Source of the DNA: an uncultured delta proteobacterium
GTDB lineage: Bacteria; Myxococcota; UBA727; VGSZ01
NCBI GenBank assembly: GCA_963775425.1
Contig: CAVZJB010000016.1
Span: 448,001-512,000 of the forward strand
Direction: 5' to 3'
Length of the DNA stretch: 64,000 nucleotides
Position 1 is the stretch's first letter. Each line of letters starts with the position of its first letter. Under the pieces are notes generated by a model, which was not told where the DNA came from, ran no database searches, and worked only from the letters and a program-made list of their open reading frames with translations. Positions 55,373 through 64,000 of the stretch are shown here, piece after piece. The translations under genes were made by a program, and so were the position numbers.

Positions 55373-57028
55373 TCAACGAAAGAGGAATTCGGCGCTGCCC
55401 GCGATGGCGGTGCAGGCCTCGGAGATGAGCTCGTCCTTGCTGACCCCCGGCGGGGCCGCCGCCTCGATGGCCGCGACGTCATCGTCGGTGGCGGGCCGTG
55501 ACAGCATCAGCGGCACCAGGTGCTCCATCACGGAGCGCGGCGTGACGTCGCCGCCGGGGACCGCGAGGTCGTCGACGCCGGGCGCGCAGAACGCCTGGGC
55601 GATGCCCTCCTGCAGGATGGCGTACGACACGCCCGCCGGCTTCTGGCGCGTGGCCTGGAAGCCGGGACAGCCGCCGAGCATGCGCGCGTACTGCGTGTAC
55701 GTGGTGTCGTAGACGAGCACGCCGTTGAAGGGCGTCAGCCGGCCCCGGTCCTCGCGCATGTCGAAGAGCCGCTGCGCCATCTCGTTGTTCTGCTGCGCGG
55801 TGATGGTGCCGTCCTGCACCGCCTGGAGGAGCTGGAAGTACGGGAAGCCGTCGCCGTAGCGGTTGTCGCAGCCGCCCATGTCGTACGACGTCACCTGCTG
55901 AAGCCCCGCGAGCCAGACCTCCGCAGGCACGGACTTGGACGGCCCGACGAGCAGGGGCGGCGGCGGGTCGGCGCCGTCGTCGTCGACGCTGACGCCGTCC
56001 TTGACGTCGGACGTCTGCGTGTACAGCCACGACGTGAGCACCATGCGCTCCGCGCCGGGGTAGTCGCCGGTGTCGGTGAGGTAGTCCGCGATCACCTGGC
56101 GGACCTCGGGGAAGAGGAAGCCCGGCGTGCGCAGGTCCCGCTCGCCCTCGTCCCAGTCGAGGAAGCGGTTGAGGATGTCGTCGGCGGCGGCCTCGGCGAA
56201 GGTGGGCTGCGACACGAAGAGCTCGCCGGGCACGCGCAGCACCGCGCGGGTGGCGTCGTCGAGGTCCTCCATCGCGATCCCGTCGTAATTCGTCCGAACG
56301 GACTCCGGAAACTCGAGCGCCGCGCCGCCGAGCATCGTCGTCGAGCAGCGCGCGAGCGGCTCACACAGGCCCGGGGTGATCACCGGGGTGTAGCGGTAGA
56401 GCACGGGGAAGTCGGGGTCGGCGTCGTAGCGCACGAGCCACTCGCGAAAGAGCGCGGCCAGCTCCGCCTCCTCCGCCTCCGTCGACGGCCGCCCCATGAA
56501 CGTGCGGAACACGCGCCGCACGCGGCCGCGGGCGTCGAGGTCGGTCAGATCGGTCATGAGGCCGGGGTGCGCGATGGCCTCGATGGCGAACTCGGCGTAG
56601 TCGAGCTCGCCCCTCTGCATCTGATCCACGAGCCCGTAGAGGTCCTTCAAAGAGCGCCAGTCGCCGACGACGTCGTTGAGTTGGAAGCGGTTGGCCCAGT
56701 GCCGCTCGCTCGTGACGAGGTAGTCGTCGGTGCCCTGCATCTCGAGGACGACCTCGTCGAGCGGGCGCCCGCTGCAGGTGGCGTCGGCCTCGTCGGCGCT
56801 CATCGGGCGCCCGAGCAGATCGACGGCGAGCCGCGCGCAGAGCTCCCGGGGCGTCGCGATCTTCGGCTCGACCTTCAGCGCGCGAAACGACGGCAACAGC
56901 GACGCGTTGATGGGGTTGTCGATATCGCACGCCTGACAGAACGACGGCGGCGCCGCGGCCTGCTGCTGCGGGCAGCCGGCGGCGGCGAAGAGCGCGGCGG
57001 GAGCGAGGCAGATCAGAACGCGGCGCAT
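55373..57028 (-). CDS. DUF1549/DUF1553-like lipoprotein
   Basis: Lipobox AAAGC; NPIN...ATPRELCARLAVDLLGRP...DY...HW; recurrent F.GRP.TE.E; C-terminal LSRPAT...SAEFLF. Confidence 0.7.
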   Translation of the reverse strand: MRRVLICLAPAALFAAAGCPQQQAAAPPSFCQACDIDNPINASLLPSFRALKVEPKIATPRELCARLAVDLLGRPMSADEADATCSGRPLDEVVLEMQGTDDYLVTSERHWANRFQLNDVVGDWRSLKDLYGLVDQMQRGELDYAEFAIEAIAHPGLMTDLTDLDARGRVRRVFRTFMGRPSTEAEEAELAALFREWLVRYDADPDFPVLYRYTPVITPGLCEPLARCSTTMLGGAALEFPESVRTNYDGIAMEDLDDATRAVLRVPGELFVSQPTFAEAAADDILNRFLDWDEGERDLRTPGFLFPEVRQVIADYLTDTGDYPGAERMVLTSWLYTQTSDVKDGVSVDDDGADPPPPLLVGPSKSVPAEVWLAGLQQVTSYDMGGCDNRYGDGFPYFQLLQAVQDGTITAQQNNEMAQRLFDMREDRGRLTPFNGVLVYDTTYTQYARMLGGCPGFQATRQKPAGVSYAILQEGIAQAFCAPGVDDLAVPGGDVTPRSVMEHLVPLMLSRPATDDDVAAIEAAAPPGVSKDELISEACTAIAGSAEFLFR

Positions 57029-57160
57029 GCGGCCCCCTCGAAGACTGGCGTTAGACACAGCAAACCACATGCCGCGAAAAAGCGTGCGTCGCGCGCACGC
57101 TCCGAGGGCGCCCATGTCGTCGTGGGTGCGGCGAGAGGCGCGGCCGCGGCACACGGATCA

Positions 57161-57377
57161 GCGACCGGAGGGAGCGGCCGCGCTCGAGAAGCGACCGGAG
57201 GGAGCGGCCGCGCTCGAGAAGCGACCGGAGGGAGCGGCCGCGCTCGAGAAGCGACCGGAGGGAGCGGCCGCGCTCGAGAAGCGACCGGAGGGAGCGGCCG
57301 CGCTCGAGAAGCGACCGGAGGGAGCGGCCGCGCTCGAGAAGCGACCGGAGGGAGCGGCCGCGCTTGAGAAGCGACCG
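57161..57377. repeat. 30-bp tandem repeat, 7 full copies plus a partial copy
   Basis: Unit GCGACCGGAGGGAGCGGCCGCGCTCGAGAA; copy 7 has one C>T; no spacers. Confidence 0.98.
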
Positions 57378-57380
57378 CGA

Positions 57381-58235
57381 TCAACCGGCCTGGCCGGTCT
57401 TGTACTTCTCGAAGGTCGGGTTGCCCTGGAGGCTCTTGAGGTCCGGATCGGACTGAAGGGTGTTGAGCTGGACGTAGCCGTTGAGCAGCGCGATGCGCAG
57501 GTAGCGGAGGGCCTGGGCGGTATCCCCCTTGAGCGCGTAGACGCAGGCGATGTTGTAGTAGGCGTCGCCGATGGCCGGGTTGGCCTCGATGGCCTTCTTG
57601 TACCAGTCGAGCGCCTCGTCGTAGCGCTCGCGGGCGTAATACGTGACGCCGACACCGATGTATCCCTCGGCGTAGTTCGGGTCCACCTTGGTGGCCTCGA
57701 TGAACTTGGCGCGCGCCGCCTCGGCGTCGCCGTCGTTCTCCTTGAGGGTGGCGTTGGCCTCGGCCGCGAGCTTCTCCGCCCGCTGCCGCGGGGTGCCGCT
57801 CCCCTTGCTGACGCTCGCGGCGTGGCCGGCGCGCGCCGACTTGCGGAAGGCCACGGAGTCGCCCTTGAGCGGCGTCTCGCACTTGCCCGTCTCGAGGTGG
57901 ACGGCGCCCGAGAGCGCGGCGCCGCCGTGCGTGATGAGCAGCATGGCGGCGCCCTGCACGGGCCCGCTGCAGCCGGTGCCGACCTTGCACGCGTGCAACG
58001 TGCCCACGATGGAGTCGTCGAGGCGAGAGCCGTCGAGGACCTTTTGGCCCTTGGGGAAGCCGCACGGGTTCTTCTTTTCGGCGATGGTGCCCGTGACGAT
58101 GCCGCCCTTCTCCCGGACGGCCACCCGGCCGAGCGGCGAGCTGAACGTGCCCGAAAGCGGCCCCGCGATCGCGGGCGCCGCCGCCGTGACGCCGGAGATG
58201 AGCAAGGTTGCATAAGCGAATTGACGCATCGGCAT
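57381..58235 (-). CDS. Secreted TPR protein
   Basis: Signal peptide; TPRs AEGYIGVGVTYY, GDAYYNIACVYALKG; ends with DPDLKSL...PTF. Confidence 0.88.
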   Translation of the reverse strand: MPMRQFAYATLLISGVTAAAPAIAGPLSGTFSSPLGRVAVREKGGIVTGTIAEKKNPCGFPKGQKVLDGSRLDDSIVGTLHACKVGTGCSGPVQGAAMLLITHGGAALSGAVHLETGKCETPLKGDSVAFRKSARAGHAASVSKGSGTPRQRAEKLAAEANATLKENDGDAEAARAKFIEATKVDPNYAEGYIGVGVTYYARERYDEALDWYKKAIEANPAIGDAYYNIACVYALKGDTAQALRYLRIALLNGYVQLNTLQSDPDLKSLQGNPTFEKYKTGQAG

Positions 58236-58406
58236 CACGCGGCTCCGTGTCGGATCTCTGACGACAGCATACGCTCGCCATTCACCGCGCGGTCAGCGCG
58301 CGTCGTGCATCCGCCGGATGGATCCCGAACATCCGCGACGAGAACGTTGACACCGCGAGGCCGCCGCTCGTACCGTCGCACTCTCGCATTTGCCGACGAG
58401 GGGACG

Positions 58407-58784
58407 ATGAAGCGGAAGGTCGACGTCACTCTCCTCGGCCACCGCTTCACGGTTCGTACAGAGAGAGACGAGGCCTGGGTCCAGCGGCTCGCCGCGCACC
58501 TCGCGCGCCGCCTCGAGGACGCGCGCCGCCAGATGCGCACGGCCTCGCGGGAGGAGCAGGTGCTCTTCGTCGCCCTCGGCCTCGCCGACGAGCTCTTCGA
58601 AGAGGTCGAGCGCTCCGCCGGCGCCCGCGCCGAGGTGCGCCGGCACACCGAGGCGATGATCGGCAAGCTCTCCGCCGTCCTCGGCGAAGCGGCGCTGCGA
58701 GATGGGGCGCTCCGCGAAGCTGCCCTCGGGGATCTCGTCGAGGATGACAGCGACGAGGTCGCGGTCGTCCACCGTCAGATCTGA
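58407..58784 (+). CDS. zapA: Cell division protein ZapA
   Basis: VDVTLLGHRFTVRT...LAAHL...VALGLADELF; immediately upstream of the 6S RNA. Confidence 0.88.
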   Translation: MKRKVDVTLLGHRFTVRTERDEAWVQRLAAHLARRLEDARRQMRTASREEQVLFVALGLADELFEEVERSAGARAEVRRHTEAMIGKLSAVLGEAALRDGALREAALGDLVEDDSDEVAVVHRQI

Positions 58785-58824
58785 CCTTTTCGCGGATCGG
58801 GCGTTCGTCCGGCATGTCTCAGCG

Positions 58825-58853
58825 CTGACGTCGTCACCCGTCGGTGTTAGATT
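58825..58853 (+). promoter_or_regulatory. Putative sigma70 promoter of 6S RNA
   Basis: CTGACG, 17-bp spacer, TAGATT with extended -10 TG. Confidence 0.55.
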
Positions 58854-58855
58854 GA

Positions 58856-59030
58856 TCCTTGCCGGAGGGCCGCGTCGGGAAAAATGCTCTGAACCGTACT
58901 CATGTCTTCGGGAGCCGCTCCGTACGGGTTTGTGCAAGCTGCCACGTCGCAGAAGCCTTCCCCCGTACTCTTGTGCACCCACCTGGTTGAGCCAGGTTCA
59001 AGACATCGTCCCCGAACGGCCTCCGGCGTT
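58856..59030 (+). ncRNA. ssrS: 6S RNA
   Basis: Terminal stem GCCGGAGG-GCCG/CGGCCTCCGGC, conserved TGAACC/GGTTCA pairing and central bubble; zapA-ssrS-5-FCL synteny. Confidence 0.85.
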
Positions 59031-59262
59031 TTTGTTCGGTCGGCCATCGCCGACCTCACGAGCGCGCTTCGCGCGCTTCGCGCGCGGCTCGCTCCGCTCG
59101 CGGGCGGCTCCCGAGGTCGCCTTTGTTGCCGGAGCGACTTCGGCGGCTGCCTCCGCCGCGCTTCGGATCTTCAGGGGGCGCCTTCGCGATGACGACCGAC
59201 GATGTGACGCGCAAGCGGGGTTGCGGCGCGGGGACCGACCGCGCGCCCGGCAGAGCCGGCTC

Positions 59263-59856
59263 GTGTTGACCGGCGATCTCCTCGGAGACAAGCGCGCGCT
59301 CCGGTCGCGCATGCGCGCGGTCCTCGCCGCCCTCGACGAGGCTTCGCGCGACGCCGCCGCCCGCACCGTCGTCGCGCCGCTCCTCGCCGTCGCCGGCGGC
59401 GGGCCCGTCGCGCTCTTCGCGTCGATGGGCCACGAGCTGTCCACGGAGCCCCTCGACGAGGCGCTGCGCGCCCACGGCGTCGCCCGCGTGCTGCCGCGCG
59501 TGACCGGCGACGAGCTCGTCTTCCGCGCCGTCCCCGGCGACGTGCGCGCCGCCGCCCTGCCCCCCGCGCACTTCGGGGCCCCCGAGCCTCCCGCCGACGA
59601 CCACCGCTTCCCCGTCGTCGACCTCGCCCGCTGCAGCGCCGTCGTCGTCCCCGGCCTCGCCTTCGACGGCGACGGGTGGCGCATCGGCTACGGCAGGGGC
59701 TTCTACGACCGCGCCCTCGCCGGCGTCGACCTCGAGCGCGTCGTCGGCGTCGGCTACGACCAGCAGCTCGTCGACCGCGTCCCCCACGGCCCCGGCGACG
59801 TGCGCCTGCGCCGCCTGTGCGCGCCCTCGAACGGCGTGTTTCGGGTCCCGCGCTGA
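59263..59856 (+). CDS. 5-formyltetrahydrofolate cyclo-ligase
   Basis: [41 protein letters not shown]. Confidence 0.93.
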   Translation: MLTGDLLGDKRALRSRMRAVLAALDEASRDAAARTVVAPLLAVAGGGPVALFASMGHELSTEPLDEALRAHGVARVLPRVTGDELVFRAVPGDVRAAALPPAHFGAPEPPADDHRFPVVDLARCSAVVVPGLAFDGDGWRIGYGRGFYDRALAGVDLERVVGVGYDQQLVDRVPHGPGDVRLRRLCAPSNGVFRVPR

Positions 59857-59875
59857 TCTGCTAGCGGCGGACCAT

Positions 59876-61087
59876 ATGCACGAATTCCGGTCCGTCGACG
59901 ATCAACTGGAGATCCTCAAGCACGGCATCGTGGATCTCGAGGTGGAGGCGGAGCTTCGAAAGAAGCTCGAGCAGTCGCGGCTCGAGAACCAGCCGCTGTC
60001 CATCAAGCTCGGCTGCGATCCCACGGCGCCCGATCTGCACCTCGGCCACACCGTCGTCATCAACAAGCTCAAGCAGTTCCAACAGCTCGGCCACAAGATC
60101 GTCTTCCTCATCGGCGACTTCACCGCCCGCATCGGCGACCCTACGGGCAAGAGCGCCACGCGCCCGCCGCTGTCCGAAGACGAGATCCTCGCGAACGCCG
60201 CCACCTACAAGCGGCAGGTCTTCAAGATCCTCGACGAGGACAAGACCGAGATCCGCTTCAACTCCGAGTGGCTCGGCAAGATGGGCTTCGACGACGTCAT
60301 CCGCCTCGCCGCCAGGTACTCGCTGGCGCGGATGCTCGAGCGCGACGACTTCGAGAAGCGCCTCGAGGAGCAGACGCCCATCTCGGTGCACGAGATCCTC
60401 TACCCGCTCGCGCAGGGGTACGACTCCGTCGCCCTCAAGAGTGACGTCGAGCTCGGCGGCACCGACCAGCGCTTCAACCTGCTCGTCGGGCGGGACCTCA
60501 TGCGCGGCTACGGACTCGACCCCCAGTGCATCATGACCATGCCCATCCTCGTGGGCACGGACGGCGTGAAGAAGATGTCCAAGTCGCTCGGCAACTACGT
60601 CGGCGTCGAGGAGGACCACGACTCGCAGTTCGGCAAGATCATGAGCGTGCCGGACGAGACCATGTGGTCCTGGTACACGCTGCTGTCCGACCGCTCCATC
60701 GCCGAGGTCAGCGAGCTGAAGCGCCGGCACCCGCGCGACGCCAAGGTCTCGCTGGCCAAGGAGATCGTCGCGCGCTTCCACGGCCCGGTCGCAGCCGAGC
60801 AGGCGGCGGCCGAATTCACGCGCCGCTTCAGCCCCGAGAACAAAAACGAGATCCCCGAGGACGCCCCCAGCTTCACGCTCGACGCCGCCGGCGCCGGCAT
60901 GCCGCTCGTGCGCGCGCTCGTGGAGACCAACCTCGTGGCGTCCAACTCGGAGGCGCGCCGGATGATCGCGCAAGGCGCCGTCGCCGTGGACGGCGAGCGG
61001 GTCAACGACCCCAAGGCCGAGCTCGCCGTCGGCACGCACGCCATCAAGGTGGGCAAGCTGCGCTGGGCCCGCGTCGTCCTCGCCTGA
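59876..61087 (+). CDS. tyrS: Tyrosine--tRNA ligase
   Basis: [35 protein letters not shown]-terminal S4 domain. Confidence 0.98.
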   Translation: MHEFRSVDDQLEILKHGIVDLEVEAELRKKLEQSRLENQPLSIKLGCDPTAPDLHLGHTVVINKLKQFQQLGHKIVFLIGDFTARIGDPTGKSATRPPLSEDEILANAATYKRQVFKILDEDKTEIRFNSEWLGKMGFDDVIRLAARYSLARMLERDDFEKRLEEQTPISVHEILYPLAQGYDSVALKSDVELGGTDQRFNLLVGRDLMRGYGLDPQCIMTMPILVGTDGVKKMSKSLGNYVGVEEDHDSQFGKIMSVPDETMWSWYTLLSDRSIAEVSELKRRHPRDAKVSLAKEIVARFHGPVAAEQAAAEFTRRFSPENKNEIPEDAPSFTLDAAGAGMPLVRALVETNLVASNSEARRMIAQGAVAVDGERVNDPKAELAVGTHAIKVGKLRWARVVLA

Positions 61088-61107
61088 CGAGCCACGGGCG
61101 GAGCCCG

Positions 61108-63900
61108 CTACGGCGTGACGTCCTGGGTGTCCGAGAGCCACGGCGTGAAGGCGCCGTCGCCGTCGACGTCGACGTACAGCGGCGCCGAATAGCAAAAGAC
61201 GCTGCCGCCGCCCGTGGGCGCCAGCCCGCTGCCGCCCTTGCTGACGGCGACCACGAGCAGGTCGCCCTCGCCCGTGGGCAGGCCCGAGAGCGGGTGGTTG
61301 ACGCGCGCGACGTCGTCGGTGAGGGAGCCGGCGGCGGCGGCGACGGGGGCGTCGAGGGCGCCGGCGTCGTCGACCACGACCGCGTCGGGGCCGACGTCGA
61401 GCGGGCGGGCGACGCCGTTGGCGAACAGCTCGAGCGCTCCCGGCGTCACGTGCGGCGGCGCCTGGAGCTTCACGCTCACGCGGTCGAGGTCGGCGGCGGT
61501 GATCATCTGGGCGATGCCCTGGCGACGCTGGCCGTCGACGTACAGCTCCAGGAGGCAGCCCTCGCCCACCGCGTTTTGCTGGGCGCGGATGGCGCGCTTG
61601 GCGTCGTCGCCGGTGACGACCGCCGGGTCATCGGTGCCGATGGTGAGGAAGTTGCGTGGGTAACCGACGCCGCCGTCGATGTGGTGGCTGTCGCTGTTGC
61701 CCATGGCGACGATCTTCATCCCGGCGCCGAGCAGCGCGAAGTAGTCGGCGAGGACGGGGACGTTGGTGGCGTTGCTGTGGGCGAGGCCGGCGAGGGCGGC
61801 GCGGCCGTCTTCGGTGAACAGGTTCACGTCGCCGAGGCTGCCGTTGACCTCCATGGCGTCGAAGTCGCCGGCCCAGTCGCTGTAGATGGTCGCGGGGAAC
61901 GTGGGGATGCTCGGCGGCTGGCGCGGGATGCGGCTCGCCGTGGTGGGGTCGAGCGTGAGCGACGCGAAGTAGCCCGTGAGCTGCGAGCGCGGGTGGTTGA
62001 TCTGGATGATGGGATCGCCCGCCGCCGCGCGCACGTCGGCGAACATCTCGGGCACCGTCTTGAACCACCACATGCGCGAGCCGACGTCGCGCAGGGGATC
62101 GGCGGGGTCGATGGGCCACGGGTACACGTTGAAGTGCCCGATGCCCTGGTAGCTCACCTCGTTGCCGGGGATGACCGAGAGGTACGGCTCGAGCCCCATG
62201 GCGGCGACGTAGGGCGCGAAGTCGGTGATGACGTCGTGGTCGGTGGAGGCGCCGAGCTCGATGCCCTCGGCGGCGTTCTCCATCACCTTGCGCGGCACGG
62301 GCACCTGCGCGTCGATGCTGCCGAGGCAGTGCTGGTGGAACTCGGCCCCGATGAGGCCCGTGGTGTCGAGCACGTGGGCGATGCTCGCCTGCAGCGTTGC
62401 CGTGGCGCCGGCGTCGACGACGACGGGGGCCTCGAAGCGCGTGAACTCGAAGCCGCGCGTCACGTACGCCGTGTACGCGCCCGGCGGCACGTCGGCGTCG
62501 AACACGCCGTCCCTGGTCACCGCGTAGCTGACGGCGCCGTTCGCGCTGAAGTCGGCGAGCACGTCGCTGGCGCGCTGGGTGTCGCCGGTGGGGACGAGGG
62601 TGAGCTTGGCGGGGAGGGTGCCGATGTCGGCGCCGGCGCGGTCGGTGAAGCTGGTCTCGACGTGGACGTGGCCGGTGGCGCCGATGGTGAGCGGCTGCGC
62701 GCGCTTGGCGCGCCCCTGCGTGACGGTGACCGATACCTCGCTGCTGCGCGCCCTGCCCTCGGCGTGCGCGAGCAGTTGGTAGCTGCCCGGCGCGAGCGTG
62801 AGCTCCCAGGTGCCGTCGGCGGCGGTGCGCGCCTCGTTGACGACGTGGGTCCCGTCGGCGTCGAGCGCGCCCGAGAGCGCCGCGACGAGCACGCCGGCGG
62901 TGGGCGCGCCCTCGGGATCGACGACGACGCCGCGGGCGGTGCCGCGCGGCAGATCCTTGAGCTCCATGGCGAGCCTGCTGGTGCTCTCGACGCTGCCGTC
63001 GCCCACGAGGAAGTAGCGCGTGAATTCGTGCTCGCTGCCGACGGGGACGCCGGTGCCGTAGAAGGGCGCGGTGGTGCCCTGGTCGACGAAGGGGATGGTG
63101 ATGTCGCCGTCGGCGGAGACGATGGCGTAGCTCACCTTGTCGCCGCGCGTGCCCGCGAGGAACGAGACGTCGGAGAAGAGCGGGACATCGCCGAAGCCCG
63201 ACTCCGGCGTGTGCGGGCGGTTGGCGCCGCCGAAGGCGACGAAGTCCGCCGGCTGCAGGCTCGGGATGGGCGGGCCGTCATTGAAGACGGTGGTGACGAT
63301 CTCGATGTAGTTGACGTCGGGGTGGAGGATGTAGTCGGTCTGCAGGCGACCCTGGTAGTCCTGCGACAGGTAGTACGCCTGCGGCGCCAGCGTGAGCGCG
63401 GTGGGCGTGCCGGTGACGCGGATGATGCCGTCGCCGCCGGCGCGGCCGTCGGCGATGACCTCGATCTTGTCGACGTGGATCTCCTTGGCGCCGATGGCGC
63501 TCACGTGCTCGCGGAACGTGTCCTCGCCGCTGCCGTCTTTGCGCGCGAGGTCGACGTCGATGAGGTTGCCGCCCTCGGCGGAGTTGCCGGCGGGGCGCGA
63601 GGCGTCCTGGATGATGAAGCGGATGTTGGCGTTGTTGCAGCGAAAGGAGCGCCCCACCTGCGCGAACGCTTGCGGCCCGCCGATGAGCTCGCTCTGTTTG
63701 GTGACGGCGCCGCAGCGCACCTCGCCGGCGCCGGGCACGTTGTCGAGGACGAGCGGCGGCAAGGTGGGCGCGTTGTCGCAGGTGCACGTGCCGGTGAGCC
63801 CGAGCGCCGCCACGGCGACGGCGAGCCCGAAGCGCCGACCGGAGAGCGCTCCGGCACTTCGACGATTGACAACGGCAGCGGGTGCTGGGGTGCGGGGCAT
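61108..63900 (-). CDS. CehA/McbA-family (PHP-like) metallohydrolase, probably exported
   Basis: N-terminal hydrophobic segment with Cys; carboxypeptidase-regulatory-like domains; EFHQH, STDHD, GNEVS..GHFN, QINHPR, GNSDSH. Confidence 0.8.
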   Translation of the reverse strand: MPRTPAPAAVVNRRSAGALSGRRFGLAVAVAALGLTGTCTCDNAPTLPPLVLDNVPGAGEVRCGAVTKQSELIGGPQAFAQVGRSFRCNNANIRFIIQDASRPAGNSAEGGNLIDVDLARKDGSGEDTFREHVSAIGAKEIHVDKIEVIADGRAGGDGIIRVTGTPTALTLAPQAYYLSQDYQGRLQTDYILHPDVNYIEIVTTVFNDGPPIPSLQPADFVAFGGANRPHTPESGFGDVPLFSDVSFLAGTRGDKVSYAIVSADGDITIPFVDQGTTAPFYGTGVPVGSEHEFTRYFLVGDGSVESTSRLAMELKDLPRGTARGVVVDPEGAPTAGVLVAALSGALDADGTHVVNEARTAADGTWELTLAPGSYQLLAHAEGRARSSEVSVTVTQGRAKRAQPLTIGATGHVHVETSFTDRAGADIGTLPAKLTLVPTGDTQRASDVLADFSANGAVSYAVTRDGVFDADVPPGAYTAYVTRGFEFTRFEAPVVVDAGATATLQASIAHVLDTTGLIGAEFHQHCLGSIDAQVPVPRKVMENAAEGIELGASTDHDVITDFAPYVAAMGLEPYLSVIPGNEVSYQGIGHFNVYPWPIDPADPLRDVGSRMWWFKTVPEMFADVRAAAGDPIIQINHPRSQLTGYFASLTLDPTTASRIPRQPPSIPTFPATIYSDWAGDFDAMEVNGSLGDVNLFTEDGRAALAGLAHSNATNVPVLADYFALLGAGMKIVAMGNSDSHHIDGGVGYPRNFLTIGTDDPAVVTGDDAKRAIRAQQNAVGEGCLLELYVDGQRRQGIAQMITAADLDRVSVKLQAPPHVTPGALELFANGVARPLDVGPDAVVVDDAGALDAPVAAAAGSLTDDVARVNHPLSGLPTGEGDLLVVAVSKGGSGLAPTGGGSVFCYSAPLYVDVDGDGAFTPWLSDTQDVTP

Positions 63901-63909
63901 CCGAGCAGG

Positions 63910-64000
63910 CTAGCGCTGCAGCGGGAGATGTCGACGGAGGAACCGCGTGATCGGTGACCAGACGCGGCCCGGCGCGTTGTCGCCGATGAGCAGGTCGATG
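63910..64000 (-). CDS. C-terminal end of an unidentified gene entering from outside the window
   Basis: Open frame IDLLIGDNAPGRVWSPITRFLRRHLPLQR* with TAG at 63910-63912, 9 bp before the metallohydrolase start. Confidence 0.4.
   Translation of the reverse strand, partial: IDLLIGDNAPGRVWSPITRFLRRHLPLQR

Noticed and set aside
57161-57377. CRISPR array
   Set aside because: The 30-bp units are head-to-tail with no unique spacers, and no cas genes are present in the window.

Overview
Very GC-rich bacterial chromosome segment. Gene content (Cys-rich lipoproteins, FHA protein, ECF sigma type, skp-lpxD-fabZ, DUF1501) suggests a Myxococcota/deltaproteobacterium-like diderm; this is inference. Core content: 5' part of tuf, oddly divergent from its Thr-Tyr-Gly-Thr tRNA cluster; sppA; a cobalamin-riboswitch-led btu-like operon; gpsA; lysS-lolC/E-lolD; pyk-skp-lpxD-fabZ; zapA-6S RNA-5-FCL-tyrS. 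Accessory or unusual content: (1) a decayed element integrated at tRNA-Thr(GGU), with a 59-bp att duplication, an integrase tail and a dead RelE/ParE toxin-antitoxin pair; (2) a mosaic of gene fragments at 5.0-6.8 kb; (3) one protein fusing an LbH acetyltransferase, an adenylation domain, a (Gly-Ala-Asn)n linker and a carrier domain; (4) a candidate 9-aa leader peptide before an MFS transporter; (5) a LysS with a large insertion; (6) a DUF1549-like/DUF1501/CX6CH-cytochrome/catalase-like/aspartyl-protease operon preceded by a 7x30-bp hairpin tandem array; (7) a dispersed 41-bp repeat. Three single-base frameshifts may be sequencing errors. All family assignments come from motif recognition by eye, without database searches.
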